From: Hydrolagus affinis
Taxonomy: Eukaryota
Assembly: GCA_012026655.1 (NCBI GenBank)
Contig: JAAILG010001223.1
Coordinates: 1-64,000 of the forward strand
Direction: 5' to 3'
DNA: 64,000 nt
This document shows positions 38,264-52,100 of the stretch, piece by piece (positions within the stretch are counted from its first letter, which is position 1; the number at the start of each line of letters is the position of its first letter). A program made the translations under genes and the position numbers. Below the pieces are notes generated by a model, which saw only the letters and a program-made list of their open reading frames with translations, did no database searches and had not been told where the DNA came from.

Positions 38264-38537
38264 ATAATAATAAAAGTAATAATAATAATCATTGCATTTG
38301 ATATAGAGCTTTTCACGTCTTCTAGACGTCTCAAAGCACTTCACAGAATATACTGTAAAGTGAATTGACAGTATATTTGTGGGCGAAAAGCAGCAGCCAA
38401 TTGCACACAGCAGTGTCCCCACAAACAGTTGTGGATTGAAATGGCCAATTTTTTTTAAGAGATTATTATTAGGCAATGTGGAGTAAGGAGACTTTCACCC
38501 TGCCTGGAATTGAACCCTGGTCTCTCACTTGTGAGGC
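38264..38537 (-). mobile_element. Near-full-length tRNA/Deu SINE (A box missing)
   Basis: Tail, body and B-box half (ggaattgaaccctgg) present. Confidence 0.9.
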
Positions 38538-39846
38538 TATCCCCCAGCAAGTACTGTATATCCTACTGTGGTCATACAGTAAAAACCTAACAACCACATA
38601 TCTGTACATTCTAGCACTGGCCTTACTTATATATACACAAATCTGTGCCTACAGCATTAATCCACAAACTGATTTATGAAAATAATAACAGTGATGGATA
38701 TGCCCTTCAGGATTTGAGTTCATTGAAAGATAAATTATCTAGTTTAACTACTGAAAAAGGCAAACACTTGAACAACAAATCACATGGTCTCAGTGCTGAT
38801 AGGGATTCAATAAAATGTAGACTCAACACTTTCTTTGTTTATGATATCTGGGAGTATCATGCTTAATAGCACAAAATTCAGAACTTTCGCACAAATCAAC
38901 ATGTACATTACACGGTGCTGACTTATAAATCACAACTCGTTACTGTCTCAGAAAGTCTTTGTTGTAGATTATTCTCCTTCAAATTCCACTCAGATTGAAA
39001 GGTCTAAGAATTACTACAGCAGCACTGAAAACATTTAGACAGCAGGGATTTAATTCATCACTAAATCTGATAGTTTGATCAATCATTTTTTTTTAAAAAA
39101 AGGTAACTTCCCATATACTGATTCGATAAATAGAAATTGTTAATAGAAATAGGTTAAATTAAGTCCTCTGAGAGGCTATCCTGCATCAAGAGTGCTATTT
39201 AAGTGCAAGGTGTTGTTGTTGTAATTTAATCTGACGGTTATTAATTCTTTAGATGTTAAAAGTGAGCATAAAGGAAACATGTTACTATTATAGTGTCACA
39301 TCCCTGATATGCAGCTGTTTAACTCCACTCTTCTGATTGCCAATTTCGCGCAAACTACTTTGCTGTAGGCACACAATGTCTAAGAACTAGGTTACGACTG
39401 CGCAAACTCAATTTGCTATAGGTCATTTAAAGTGTACAGAGAGAAGTTGCAGTCATCCCATGCTACACTGAAACTCAGATCCCTAGACATGAAAGTATCG
39501 CCCGTTCCTCCACGAAGACACTTCATCAAGCTTTATAAATTCATACACTCGGAAGGCAAAATGGGGTTAAATTCCACTGAGATCTTATGGAAACAGAGCC
39601 CTCCACCTCCCACTCCGACATTTGGGATTTTGATTTCCTGTAGATGTACAAGAGTAGCTGGTATCCCACTAACCGCAAGTCAAAGGCATGAGTTAGAGGC
39701 CTGAAGCCCTGGTTCACGGATATTACAGTTGACAATGGTGTTGGAATTACCTCAATGTGATAAACCTCACATTGTGTTAATTTGCCACCGAGCATTAGAA
39801 CGCTTGTTCAGACAAATTCCTGTCTATAAAAGTCAGAGTAACAACA

Positions 39847-39992
39847 GAAGACCTAGGCAGCTGCAGCTAAGATGTCAAAGAATTATCAGGCAAAACATCC
39901 CAACATCTTAATTTCCAGTGAAGACCTAGGCAGCTGCAGCTAAGATGTCAAAGAATTATCAGGCAAAACATCCCAACATCTTAATTTCCAGT
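39847..39992. repeat. Perfect 73-bp tandem duplication
   Basis: 39847-39919 is identical to 39920-39992 (gaagacctagg...aatttccagt). Confidence 0.97.
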
Positions 39993-40679
39993 ATGTAAGG
40001 AACGTCAGCAGTCGGCACAGATCCAAACAACACAGCACAGTGTAAGTGCCGGGGAGTGGCCGATGAGACACATGAGTCAGCCACACAGGACAGACATGGC
40101 AGGAAAAAGGGAGTTGGAACATTACCAGCGCGTGGCAGACGATGGTGAAGACGGGAGGTGGTCGGGGCGGGAGCGGGTGTGAAGGCTGTGTGGGGGAGGG
40201 AGGGAGGGAAGGAGGGAGGGAGGGAGCGCAAAACATTAAGAAAATTGTTGCAGTGACTGTTTGAGGACTTTTAAGGTAGTTGATGGTGCCGCCTGCATCA
40301 CTTAAGTGGTTCAGTGTCTTTAAAATTGGCAGGAAAATTGTTGGTGGTTTAGATTTGCTGTATTGCTGCACGAGAGTGCTGGGAGGTGTTTTTTATGCTT
40401 TTAGGCCTCCGTGGCTGAACTAAACATAGGCACTCGCTATGTACCCTGATGTTACCATCTCGCCAAATAAATATATTTCAGTAAGGACTGGAAGGTGCAC
40501 AAGCTTCAAATGATCCAGTTGGCGAAACAAAATGCTCAACATTCTCCTAAATGAAGTCCATAAGTGCACGCACTAATCTAGAAACAAACCAACCATGAAC
40601 TTCCTTGGTTGCATTTCCATAGTGAGGAAGGGAGGTTGAACTAGGACGTCACTGTAGAACATGTGCCTTTCTCCAAGAC

Positions 40680-40988
40680 AATAATAATAATAATCCTTGC
40701 ATTTGATATAGCACTTTTCACGTCTTTTGGACGTCTTAAAGCACTTCACAGAATATACAAGTATATTTGTGAGCGAAACGCGGCAGCCAATTGTGCACAG
40801 CAGTGTCCCACAAACAGTCGTGGATTGAAATGACCAATTGTTATTATTGATTTTTTTTTGGAGAGATTATTAGTAGGCGTGTGGAGTAAGGAAACATGCG
40901 CAAGGTTTCACCCTGACCTGCCTGGATTCGAACACGGGTCTCACACTTGTAAGGCAAGTGCTCTAACCATTGAGCTACAGGACTCCAC
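40680..40988 (-). mobile_element. Full-length tRNA/Deu SINE (GCAGGTCAGGG subfamily)
   Basis: Tail through head ...ccctgacctgcctggattcgaacacggg...gctctaaccattgagctacaggactccac. Confidence 0.92.
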
Positions 40989-41769
40989 TCCAACAATGTG
41001 ACACCGTTGGTGGAAACATCACTTTTACAATGAACTCAGTAATTAATCTTTTACAAATGAATATTTCAGACACTTTGACTGTTAAATTACATCTAAATAA
41101 TAATACCTGAGTCCAACTTAACATGAAACAAACGTGTGGGGAGATTTTTTCTGAAAAGGATTTTAATACTTGTGGGTCATATTTCATTAACTCTAAACCT
41201 CCGAAAAGTATCTTCATTATCACCAATCAATCAATCTGTCATCACTTCCATGTATAGGCTAGTGATCTAGACAGCTCTGCACACAGCCTTGGTAAGCGTG
41301 CTCACTGTATGTCTGAAATGACAGTGTCAAGCAAAGCTTAAAACTAGTTAACTGCTTCGTAGGGAATAGGCAGAAGGGGACAGCTCTTTATGTAGCATAT
41401 TTATGACCTGCCAGAGTTTGGTTCCCTCTGAGGAATTCATTTTATGTATTTTAAACTGAATAAACCCACTTGAATCAAAGAGTTAACATAATGTACAAAC
41501 AGACATTCAAAACTAACAACCTTGTCGAGACATGTGTGTTTATTATCTTGATGCATGTCGTACACAAATTATTTACCGAAGGATTGCGCACAGCTAGAAT
41601 TAGAAGTCTTTCCACCAAAAGCTAAGTACTGTAATAACTCTTATTGCTCACAACAACAATGTAAAGCACAAGTAAAGAATACTTATAACAGCACACACAA
41701 AGTCTAGCAAATTTGGAAGTCCAAGTAACTAATATAGATCTTTGGTTAGATTTAAGATGTAACAGTGTT

Positions 41770-41975
41770 TATTTTTAAACATAGAAGGTTATGGAATACA
41801 TTACCTCAAATGTCTGTTGCAACCAAGTCCTTAAATTACTGAAAGTGAATTACCTCAACGCGAGGAAAAGTATTATTACAAAGGTCCAGGAGAAGTGTGG
41901 GTAGGACACTGGGATTACAGTAGATAGCTCCAGTGAGGGAGATAATGCGCACAGATCATCAGATTCCACACCTGT
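41770..41975 (+). mobile_element. Decayed CR1 LINE 3' end
   Basis: aggttatggaatacattacctcaa (RLWNTLPQ), followed by a CR1-like 3'UTR (ggattacagtagatagctcc...gcacaga). Confidence 0.55.
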
Positions 41976-44622
41976 GCAAAGGGAGGTGTCTTTTTATGTG
42001 CTTCCTATTTACTCTTAATTCTAAGCATTAGAGCGGATTCTGAAATGAACTCAATCACCGGCAAATAAAAGGACATGTTGAAGCAATAGGCACAGAAACT
42101 TTTGAAGCTTTCAAACATTATTGAACGGAACAAAATAATTACAGGGATTGCACGCAGCAGACTATTTACTTTTTACAAAACTCAAAGAAACACGTCTCTA
42201 TACCTCGTTCAGTCTCCGATTCTATTTTGCAGAAATTATATGAAAAACCAGGCTTCAAAAACTTACAGCCTCCCACAGTTTACTTATCGGAAAAGCTACC
42301 CTTAGTTACAGACTGCACCTCCCCATTCCCACCAAACCACTATCCTTACCATGTTGTTTTATACTTCCTTCCTCCTCTTTGAAGCTCTGAATTGATCAAA
42401 TAAACATTGCACTTCAGTGAAAAACCCAAATGGGCAATGAAGTTTGGTTGTAATTAAATAACAACCACTCAGTCTAGTTACACACATCAAAGCACTTGTT
42501 ACTCTTTAAGAATCTAACTACCTATCTCCTTTAAGGTATTGTATTAAGTAGTTTTCTACCAAACCCATTATACTTAGGAGCGCTCTTCTGTTGCATAAAC
42601 AGTTCCCTCCCATCTTCGCAAACGTATCTAGATACTCAAAAGTTTGCGTTTTTATTGATTTTGATCAAGACTGCACTCGTGTAGCATGGCGAATGATGCA
42701 CGTAGGCTGTTTTTTAAAATTAAAATAGTGCTTATAGCAAAACCAAGCAAAAGTTGACAGGGTTGGCATAAAGTCGGAAAAGGAAGTTCACAAGCCCCAT
42801 TTAGTTCACATTTAAATTTTGGCTGCGGCAGACAGCAGGGTACTTTATGATGACATCAATTAAACAGAAGCTGTGAAGCTCTAATTAGCCAATATGATAA
42901 TACACAGTTACATTGTTTCTGAAAACAGACTTCCTGGTGTGCTCACTGCATGTTGCACCAGAGTTTAGCAGCTTCCAGTAAATAGTCACAGCACACAGCA
43001 CCAAACAGGCAAGAATTCAGAAACTCATTCGAAAGCTTAAATGCCCATTTGAGGCAGGCTAAATTGTTTATACATTTTACTTTTATTTTTAAAATGCATA
43101 ATGCATGAAATAAGAAGGTAAAATGTTGAATTAACGTTACTTACTTAAGACTAATTGCACACTTATCTGTTTATCTCTTCATTTGAATGTTTTTTTCATT
43201 ATTCAAACAGTGCTTATATAACAATATATAGTTACAATCACACAAGAAGCAAGTCAAGTTGATGCATCTTCTATTGTTCATATGCTAACCCTACTTCATT
43301 TCAATACATAACTCAAGGCTTCTGCAAGATATGTCTCAAACAGGTTAGATTCTGATGTATTAAATAGAAGTTCCCAGTGAATTGAACATTGCTGATCAAT
43401 CAAACATAGGTTTTAGTCAACAATTAATTCACTACCTTGTTCTGCCAAAAAGCTTTGGTAGAGCAGAGTACAATACAGAAATATGATCAGCTCTACAATC
43501 TTCTATTCTATCATATCCATTTTTATTTCTAATTAAAAACACTTGTCATGTTTCTGTATAGTTTGACAATCGTATCTCTCGCAAAAAGCCATGAAAAGAA
43601 ATTGGTCCATTGCCAGTAGCAATGTCCATTTAACTCTATGTCCATCACCTTTCAAAACATACCGAGGCCGTGTAAATTAAATCCCAATTCAGATATTTCG
43701 CAATGCAGTACTCTGTTAAACTGGGGCGGTGTAATAATCCTTGCATTTGATATAGTGCCTTCCACATCGGGAGGTTTTTGATATATCGCAGCATTACGAT
43801 CCACAATTTGTAGATATTCTGCCTGCATAGTTTTCCTTTCAATACACAATCCATTGTTCACAGCAGATTTATGAATATTTTTGTTGCAGTAAGCTGTTTG
43901 GTTTTATGAGCCCAAAGTCCTGATTTATCTCCTATGTCAATGCCATCTGCTTGATCAAATACATTTCTATGCATAAGCAACTTATTTGTCTAAGATGTTT
44001 CCCTTCAGATTGGCTGCTGCCCATTTATTTTCATACTTTTATCAGTTTTCTTTCTTGACCTAACCCTTTCCAATCAAAACTTGCAATTCCTTACAGGATG
44101 GAAAGACACCTCATCGTGCAGAATAAACATCAGCAGAGAGTGAAAGGATTTCATTCTATCGGCACCTTGCGATAGTGTTTCCCCATTTCCTTCTTCTAGA
44201 AATAAGAAACCTCACACAGACAGACCCATGGTTTCATGAAACAATATTTGTAAAAAATGGCAAAAGTCTTTCAATACTGTACAGCCCCATCCCACGGCAA
44301 GTTACTCTTGAGATGTAAATGCTCACGTTTGTTTCTGACTATGAGCAATTGATATAATGACTTCCTCACTAACACACTGGCCCTCTGCTCTGCAGCTACC
44401 TCTACCTGAGACACTCGTGGAGCCTCTGTGTATCAATGGCTTTTGATGTTCATCTGACAACTCCGCACTCGACAGCTGCACTCACCAACTTGTCACCTTC
44501 ATAACACTAAATCAGATTGTTCGGGTATCTTACCAGCGTGAAATGGTCATTGCTGAAGGCCCATCTGCTGAAATTCGTTAAAAATGACAGCTATTTATGC
44601 AATTCCACTATTAAGATTTACA

Positions 44623-44945
44623 GCGGAGTCCTGTAGCTGAGTGGTTAGAGCACTCGCCTTACAAGCGAGAGACCTGGGTTCAATTCCAGGCAGGGTGAAA
44701 ACTTGGGCAAGTTTCCTTGCTGCACACGCCTAATAATAATCCCTCACGCCTAATAATAATACCTCACAAAAATAATAATACATCATTTCAATCCACAATT
44801 GTTTGTGGGACACTGCTATGTGCAAATGGCTGCCATGTTTGCCCACAAATATACAGCCAATTCCCTTTACTGTATATTCTGTGAAGCGCTTTGAGACGTC
44901 TAGACGACGTGAAAAGTTCTATATCAGATACAAGGATTATTATTA
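44623..44945 (+). mobile_element. Full-length tRNA/Deu SINE, well preserved
   Basis: GGAGTCCTGTAGCTGAGTGGTTAGAGCACTCGCCTTACAAGCGAGAGACCTGGGTTCAATTCC (A and B boxes), an internal 20-bp duplication and a (TTA) tail. Confidence 0.93.
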
Positions 44946-45239
44946 CAAGACTTGAAAAGATTGTTAATAGTACTAGTTACCTTTTTTTTACAATCTAATT
45001 ACTTCCTTTCCTCCTCAGCTCTCCCTGTCTTCAAACCCCACACCCCCAACACCCACACACACACACACAAAGTGCAGACACCTCTTCCCAACCACACACA
45101 TTCAGAACGTTCACTTGGCAAAGACCAATAAGTCCCAATAAGTGATTTCAGGAGGACAAACGGGACGAAAATTGGAAGGACAACTTTTGTCACCACTAAT
45201 GCTACAATATTTCATAGATAAATTTTGCGTGACTGCCAA

Positions 45240-45300
45240 ACAACAACAACTTGTGTTTATATTGCACCATTCACGTTGGAGGAGGTCTCAGAGCACTTTA
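45240..45300 (-). mobile_element. Short L2-type 3' end
   Basis: (caa)n cttgtgtttatattgcaccattcacgttggaggaggtctcagagcacttta. Confidence 0.6.
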
Positions 45301-46084
45301 AACCATTCCAGCCCCCAAAAAACAACCCCCAAGACAAATGATCTAATGTGTTAACATATTCTGCTCACTGTAAGAGATTTTAGACCTTGCTGGACAAATA
45401 CAATTGCCAGTCAGCATCACCTCTTGTTCCGAACGGAGAATGGGGAAGGGGGCGGAGAAATAAGTGGATCCTGTGGGTGTGAATGACATCCTGAAGAGGA
45501 GATGCATTTCCTCTCTGCAATTTAAAATTCAAATGTTATTGCACCACTTCATTGAGGCCCCCACTCCTCCCACCCCAAGATCTGTTTATGCTGGCGCAGC
45601 AAAAAAAACAGCCTCTTTTATCATCATTCGCTTTCCACACAGAGTATTACCTGGAGAGACGCTCTAACAGCAAAACTGTATAAGTTTCTCACACTCCCCC
45701 ACCCGCAGAATATCTAAAAATATGCTTGAAAAAATGCGACTGATCACCGGCCGAGAAGAAGGAGATCTGAAGGCACGTCACCGCAGGGAAGAGCATAGTT
45801 ACGATGATGGCAAAAGAACGTGTGACTAGTGTGAGGCCAGAAAATCCAGGTGCCAAACTTACTAGAGCACAACACTCCGCATTCCCAGACACAAGCATGC
45901 TGAATCGTAAAAAAAATAACAAAGGAACGAACAGTGGCCACTAAAACGTTCCAAGTTATGAAAAGCGCTGCGTTTTACACATTCCATCAGGTTTAATCCA
46001 AAATATGTTTGCAAGACTTTATTTTAAAATAATGGGAAATGCATCCCAACCGTTATAAAGCAGGATCGTCTTTGCATGGGCGTG

Positions 46085-46165
46085 TGTAGATTTCGCCCAC
46101 AAATTACAGTCAATCCCCTTTACAATATATTCTGTGAAGTGCTTTGGGACGTCTCAACAACATGA
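46085..46165 (+). mobile_element. SINE 3' fragment
   Basis: tttcgcccacaaattacagtcaatcccctttacaatatattctgtgaagtgctttgggacgtc. Confidence 0.75.
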
Positions 46166-49100
46166 TAGGATCATTCAGAATTATTATACATAATATATGA
46201 AGTATCTGTTAAGCATGGAATCCACGTGCAAGGATCATCAAATGCAAGAACGATTAAGATCATCTGAACACAATCAATTTAAATTGTGACTAGATTTAAT
46301 TGATAGTTGTGTTTAAAGTGTGAATGTGAAGATCACAGGTTGTTTTACTCGAAGTTAAAAGGAAGTAGTTTGAATATTTCAGTAGAGCAACAGATGTTTT
46401 TAACATATTGCTGAGGCACTAGACTTGATCAAACTGAAACAGATGTTTTCTAAAGAAAGTACATTTGTCTGAAGACCAGGTATAAACTCTGCCCACCCAG
46501 TCAAACTCACAAAGATTTAAGATTAACCCAAAATAAAGTTAGCAACTAATTGTAACTTTGATTTTGATCGAGCCTTAAAGGCACTATTTGTTTGCTTTGT
46601 CTATCTGACCCTGGGGTGTAATTTCTCTTATCAGGCTGCCCAGCTTCCTACAGCCTATAACTATAGGACAAAATGTAATCTAACTGATAAAATAAACTTA
46701 AGATGTTTTGCTCTGTTCGGAACAAACCCAAGTTAAATGTGTTTGTTAAACAAACCAGGTGGAAGTCCTAGAGTAGGATGATAGTTAAAAGCATTTACAA
46801 ATCAAGATAAAGAATCTTCAAATAATCACTTGGACGTCTATTGGAAATGGACGAAGTTCAAGAAAAGGAAAAGATTCACATGCAATTTACTTTTATTTTT
46901 ACCGCTACCAAAGTGTAGTCAGTTCCTTGTTTGTTATCCTGATGTGAAAAGCACTATATAAATACAATCTGTGGTGGTTGCTGTAGTTTATGCACAAATT
47001 AGGCTGAGTATCAAGAAAGTTTGAATTGTTTAAGCTGCTAAGGGATTCTTGACTAACGCAAGCGCACGAAAAAAAATCACTGCTGATCACTGCTGTTCTG
47101 TCGCAGAGCATATATGTTGTATATCAGCAGACAAGGGGTCAAATAGTGAGTGCTTATTGTAATGGAGCACAAAATGATGTAGTCTGGGACTATGTCTTAA
47201 ATCAGTTTCCTGCCAATCTGTTGAAATTAGTTTTTTTAGGCGGTTGAATAACTTTCTGCTACAAAATACTGCCAGGCTCCCACGCCTCATTCAGTATAAA
47301 CTTTGGGAATCAGCTGAGGGCAGCTTCGAACACATACCAAAAAGGAGGCATGGGCTTCATCAGAAATGTATTTTCTGATTATGGCCTATTCTGATTTATG
47401 CTGCCAGTCAAAATAAATGTATTTCACATTTGCAATTACTAAAACAAAAGTGACGCTGCATTACAGCCATGTGGGAAGTTAATCCAAAGTCAAATTTTCG
47501 AAAGAATCAAAAAACATCTGTTATTTTCCCCCAATGTGTTCAAGGCTACTGTAAGCATGCAAGTCCCTATTGATTTCAAATAACGAGCGTAGAACAATAT
47601 CCTCCTTACAAACTGTGTCAGGATGTAAAGACAGACATTATGACCTCATGACACAGGGAATTCTTCGCTGAACTCCACAACAGAAGTAGTTATTTCAGAA
47701 CTTGACCTCTCCCCTGTCGTTCAACCTGTTTGCAGCTAACTCCCGTCTGAACAGAGTTCGTAGTTTCCAGGTGCTGGGACCTGTTTGAATCGACTTCTCA
47801 ATATGCGTAGCATTGCAAAAGAATGTGATCTTCTACAAGCGAAGGGAGCCTAGAAAATAATTCTTTCTGATTGCTCACATCCTCGAAGAAGCAATATTTC
47901 TTCTTCAAAAAGATGTCGAACAGATTCTGGGGAATTGAGAAAAAAAACTCCACTTAAAAAAATTTAGCAAACAAGTCTGTGTGATCTGGGTGTGTCAATT
48001 TATGACCTAGCGGTTTCCTGATTTGCAATAGGACCAGGAAATAAATCTGTCTGCTATACAGCTCACAGCAAACTCTGCCAACCTTAGGGAAACCTATCAT
48101 GTATTATAGGAAGTTCTTTTCTTTTCAAATTGGCTACAAGCTCAAAACAATTGCTTGCTGTGGCCCCAAACCTCAGTGGAAACAGAACTTCCTCCAGCGT
48201 TTTGTTTCCCATGACAGTGTTTTTTAAGTGGGAACTAAAGTCACAGTCTATGAATTTAAGATGCAGAAGGGACCTGAAATCTTGTGTGTGTTAAGATGAG
48301 GACTCTTTTATTTCCAAGTACATCACTGGTACAAAACAATGATGTAGTGTCTGTCAAGTAGAGAGGATTTGAAATGACTACTGTTAATCACACAAAGGAA
48401 ATAACATCACTGGGGAAGTTTCTTAGACAAACGTCAGGCTTCTTTGAAGCTCAGGCTGAAGCTTCCACCGCATCGTGTTAGACAAGATCATTAGGGCCTG
48501 CAACAAGTAACTCAGCATTAGTCAAAGAGTCTGGGATCAGATGCCTTATGCTACAGGAGGCGGGGGGGAGGGAGGTTAGGGGCGGCAAATGCTCCACCCC
48601 TAGTAACCAAGAGAGGCTGACTAAGCTGTGTACCAGACATCACAGGCCTGCAATTCCACCCGTTCTTATTTTTAAAGCCATTGTCTTAAAGATTTGAGAT
48701 GATCATAACAATAAGCCTTGCATTTGTTCCAGCACCTTATCACAGCATTGGAACGTCTCAAAGCACATACCTTACGGTGGTTTGACTGTGTATTTTGTAG
48801 GCACAACAGTTTCTGCAAATGTCTGGGAACTGGGGTGGGGGGTGGGGGCGCGGAAAGATCTTAATTGGAAAAGCTGTGGGAAACTGGCTATACATCTGGA
48901 ATTTCTGGCCTCCAGTTAAGTTTCAGCCCACCATCAATCTGCGTTAGTCCACGGATTCATCCAACCCATTCGCCTTGAATATAAATACTGTTAACTGTTT
49001 AAAATATCTACCAGGTTCCTTCCTGGCCTTAGGCTAGATCTAGAGGCGCAATAATGGGAGGCATCACACAATGTACCCTGGATTCACTGTGAGAACCTTT

Positions 49101-52100
49101 TGGTATGTTTGCTGCTGAGCCAGCGATCAGGTGCTAGTGGAGAGAAACCATCTGAGAGATAACCACCTTCAGACACTTCTCAGCACAAAACACCTGCAGC
49201 TATGATTGCCAGCTGTGGAGGCCAGAGTGTCAAGACAAATGATGACCCCCCAATCTAGCAGATTGGGCAATGCATGATTTCCCACCCAGCAATCACACAA
49301 GTAGAGCAGCCAATGGAGAGGAAGTGAGACCTGCCCCCAAAGGTGTACAAAGGGTTTTTTAAGAGCTAAAGGGAGGAACGCGGGAAGGCAACAAACCAGC
49401 AGGTAGTTGTGATCGCTCGTCAGAGCCCCACAGGAAAGCCTCAAACCCAGAGTGATTCCCGAATGAGTGGCATGGTGATTGTTTGATCTTGACACAAAGG
49501 TGCCTGCCTGCAAGTACACAGTAACTACAAGCATACAGTTACTACACCTTACTGTAAAATCCTGTGAAAGACTTTTGAGACATTTTGACAACTTACTAAA
49601 ATGCAAGATTGAATGGAAGGATTATTATTACGATTACAACAGGTGTGTCTTACCTGATTAAATTCCCTATATTATGTGAACAGTAAAGGTACAATGAGAT
49701 TAATTGTGCTTTGGCAATTGGTTAAAGATTGGCATAGCACATGAGCAAATCGTTCAAACACCACAACTGCATCCCCCCACCAGCAACAGTCTGGCTTTGT
49801 ACATCTAGAAGGTTCTTCAAAGAAGCAGCTTGTTGCGGCAACGTAGTAGCATTGGTATTCTGGATGGATGAGATCAAATGAGCCACCAGTCTTCTTCACT
49901 CTAACCTCTCCTGTGATCTTGTTAATAATAGGGCACAGGGAGACGCAGACCATCAACACCTCCCTCCCCCCACACCCCAAAAGGGAAGCCTGACCTCAAC
50001 CAATGGAATTCTTTGACCAGTAGTCCATTAATTGGCTGGACAAACATCAAAGCACCCAGTTCCTATAGGAGTGTACCAGGTGTGATTAGGGTTACCACGC
50101 TCCTACTTTTGCATCTTCTGCATTTCCTCACAAATAAGTTTCCGTTTTTGCAATCACAGCACATCCATCTCTACCGTATAATCTCACATTTTGCTTAGCT
50201 GTATCTGTACCCCTCATCTCTCTGTGGAACGTGAAAGCCTGAGGGCGTGTGAGGGTCAGATAACTACCCTAGAGAGCCTGGGGAGCAAACAACCGGGTTA
50301 GACGGCCTGAAGAGTAGGCCACAGCAACAGAAGGTCCAAGGCCCCATCCCTGCAGCAGCAACATAAGATTCACACAACCAATAGGCCATAGCAGGCCAGT
50401 TAGGCTGAGAATGGCACACAAATTCTATATATACGCCTTCTGAGGATGGGCTGCACTGTAACCCCACAGTATGCAGACCATTATGTGGGCTGGCAATCTG
50501 GAGCGCTTAAGTAATTAATTCCCAACATTCTCCAAAAAGGCATGCGCTTTGAAGTAAACCCAGTTTGTCACTACAGTTCAAAAGATAAAACTTTTCAGAC
50601 TTACTAGGGGAAAAAGTGAGAATAAAGGTGAGAGACACACAAGTTATTGTTCAGGTGTCTTTTTTTAGAAAAAAAAGTGGGCTGAATTTTTTAAAAAATG
50701 AACTAGCTTACGAAAAAATTAATCTTTCCATTATATTTCAAAGCTGCATCTTACAGATTATGCTATTGTAAACACCAGGTTTTAGCAAATCACTTTCTCA
50801 TCCTCCCTTTCACAAGTTCCACACTCGTTTCCTGTTACTAATGGGAAATCCAAAAAAGAAGCTAAAAAAAACAAATCACACACAGGAAGTGAAAGTCACC
50901 TATGCAGTAGGGAGAGTGGGGGTGGGAGGGAAATTGGGGGTAATTAGACTGATTACCTCACGGCCAGAACACAAAGGCCGACTTAACTTCTACAGCAGGC
51001 CAGTCACTCAGACAAATGTCGAAAGACTAATCCTACATTTCAGGGATGGTTCATATTGAAAACAAATGGCTAAAACATAAGAACTCACTGTAGATGAATT
51101 GCAGGGGGTAGTAAAATACTGAAAACCTTAGTTAAAGGATTTTGCCATTGAATAGGAAGGGACTAGGAGGAGGGATTTACACTCTCATTAGTCTAGTACA
51201 GAATATAGGCATCATCAGGTCCAGCTTCACTAGATTATATTGTTCTCTAACAGCTATAAACTAAGCTCACTTATTTGCAAGAGTGATAGTAAAATTACTT
51301 TATATTTCAGCAGTGATAACATACTATAAGTGCCTGTTCCAAAGCTCGTAAAACCAGGACGGTTTGAATGTATTATTATGGGCTCAGTACCAAGCAGTTA
51401 TAAAAATGAATTTACACAATTTAACAATGAAGTACCAAAAAAAATCAAGCAACTATTAGATGAGAAGCTGATTCATAGAATTAGGCAGTGGAGGAAATTG
51501 TGCTGCTTGATACTTTAGTTGTGTAACAATTATCACCCGGGATAAATATCACATCACAAGCACCACATTTTTCACCCCAAGATGGGATAAATAATGGACT
51601 GGGAGCATATTGTAAGGCTGTGATACATTATAAGGGTTCAATTAACCGATGTCCATTAAGTAGATAGTCCAAGCCTCACAGATTTATGTTACAACCTTGA
51701 ACACAATCCTAAATATCACTTTTGTTCATAAACAGAAAGTCATATAGATAAGTGCAGTTGTAAAGTTATAAAAGATAACAAATGCACCCTATTTTTACTG
51801 ACATATTAACGTGTTTGATCTAAAGCAATGCACTTAAGGCATGTGACTAAATATAGAACTAGTTTCTAAAGAACATAGCACTGCAGTTATTTTAAGCATG
51901 TGAACAGAGAAATAAAATCCTTGCTTTTTTAAAAAAAATCATGCCTTAACAAGTGGAAACAAACCTATTGAATAGCAACAAATTATAAATCCATTTCCTA
52001 TTATGCTATCAATATCTGTTTCAAATATTGGATTGAGCTACATAATATAAAATTGAGCTAAAGTGCAACAAATGTAAGAAATAAGAATGACACAAAGCAT

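Noticed and set aside
38120-38476. Recurrent peptide family '[20 protein letters not shown]' in many ORFs
   Set aside because: These are translations of the non-coding SINE body, not a gene family.
39847-39992. CRISPR-like array
   Set aside because: Two abutting units with no spacers in a eukaryotic intron, so a simple duplication.
39940-40371. 143-aa Pro-rich ORF
   Set aside because: It arises from the (GGGA)n low-complexity tract and shows no homology signal.
49169-49606. 145-aa minus-strand ORF
   Set aside because: No KIF26 or other recognisable motifs; likely a chance ORF.
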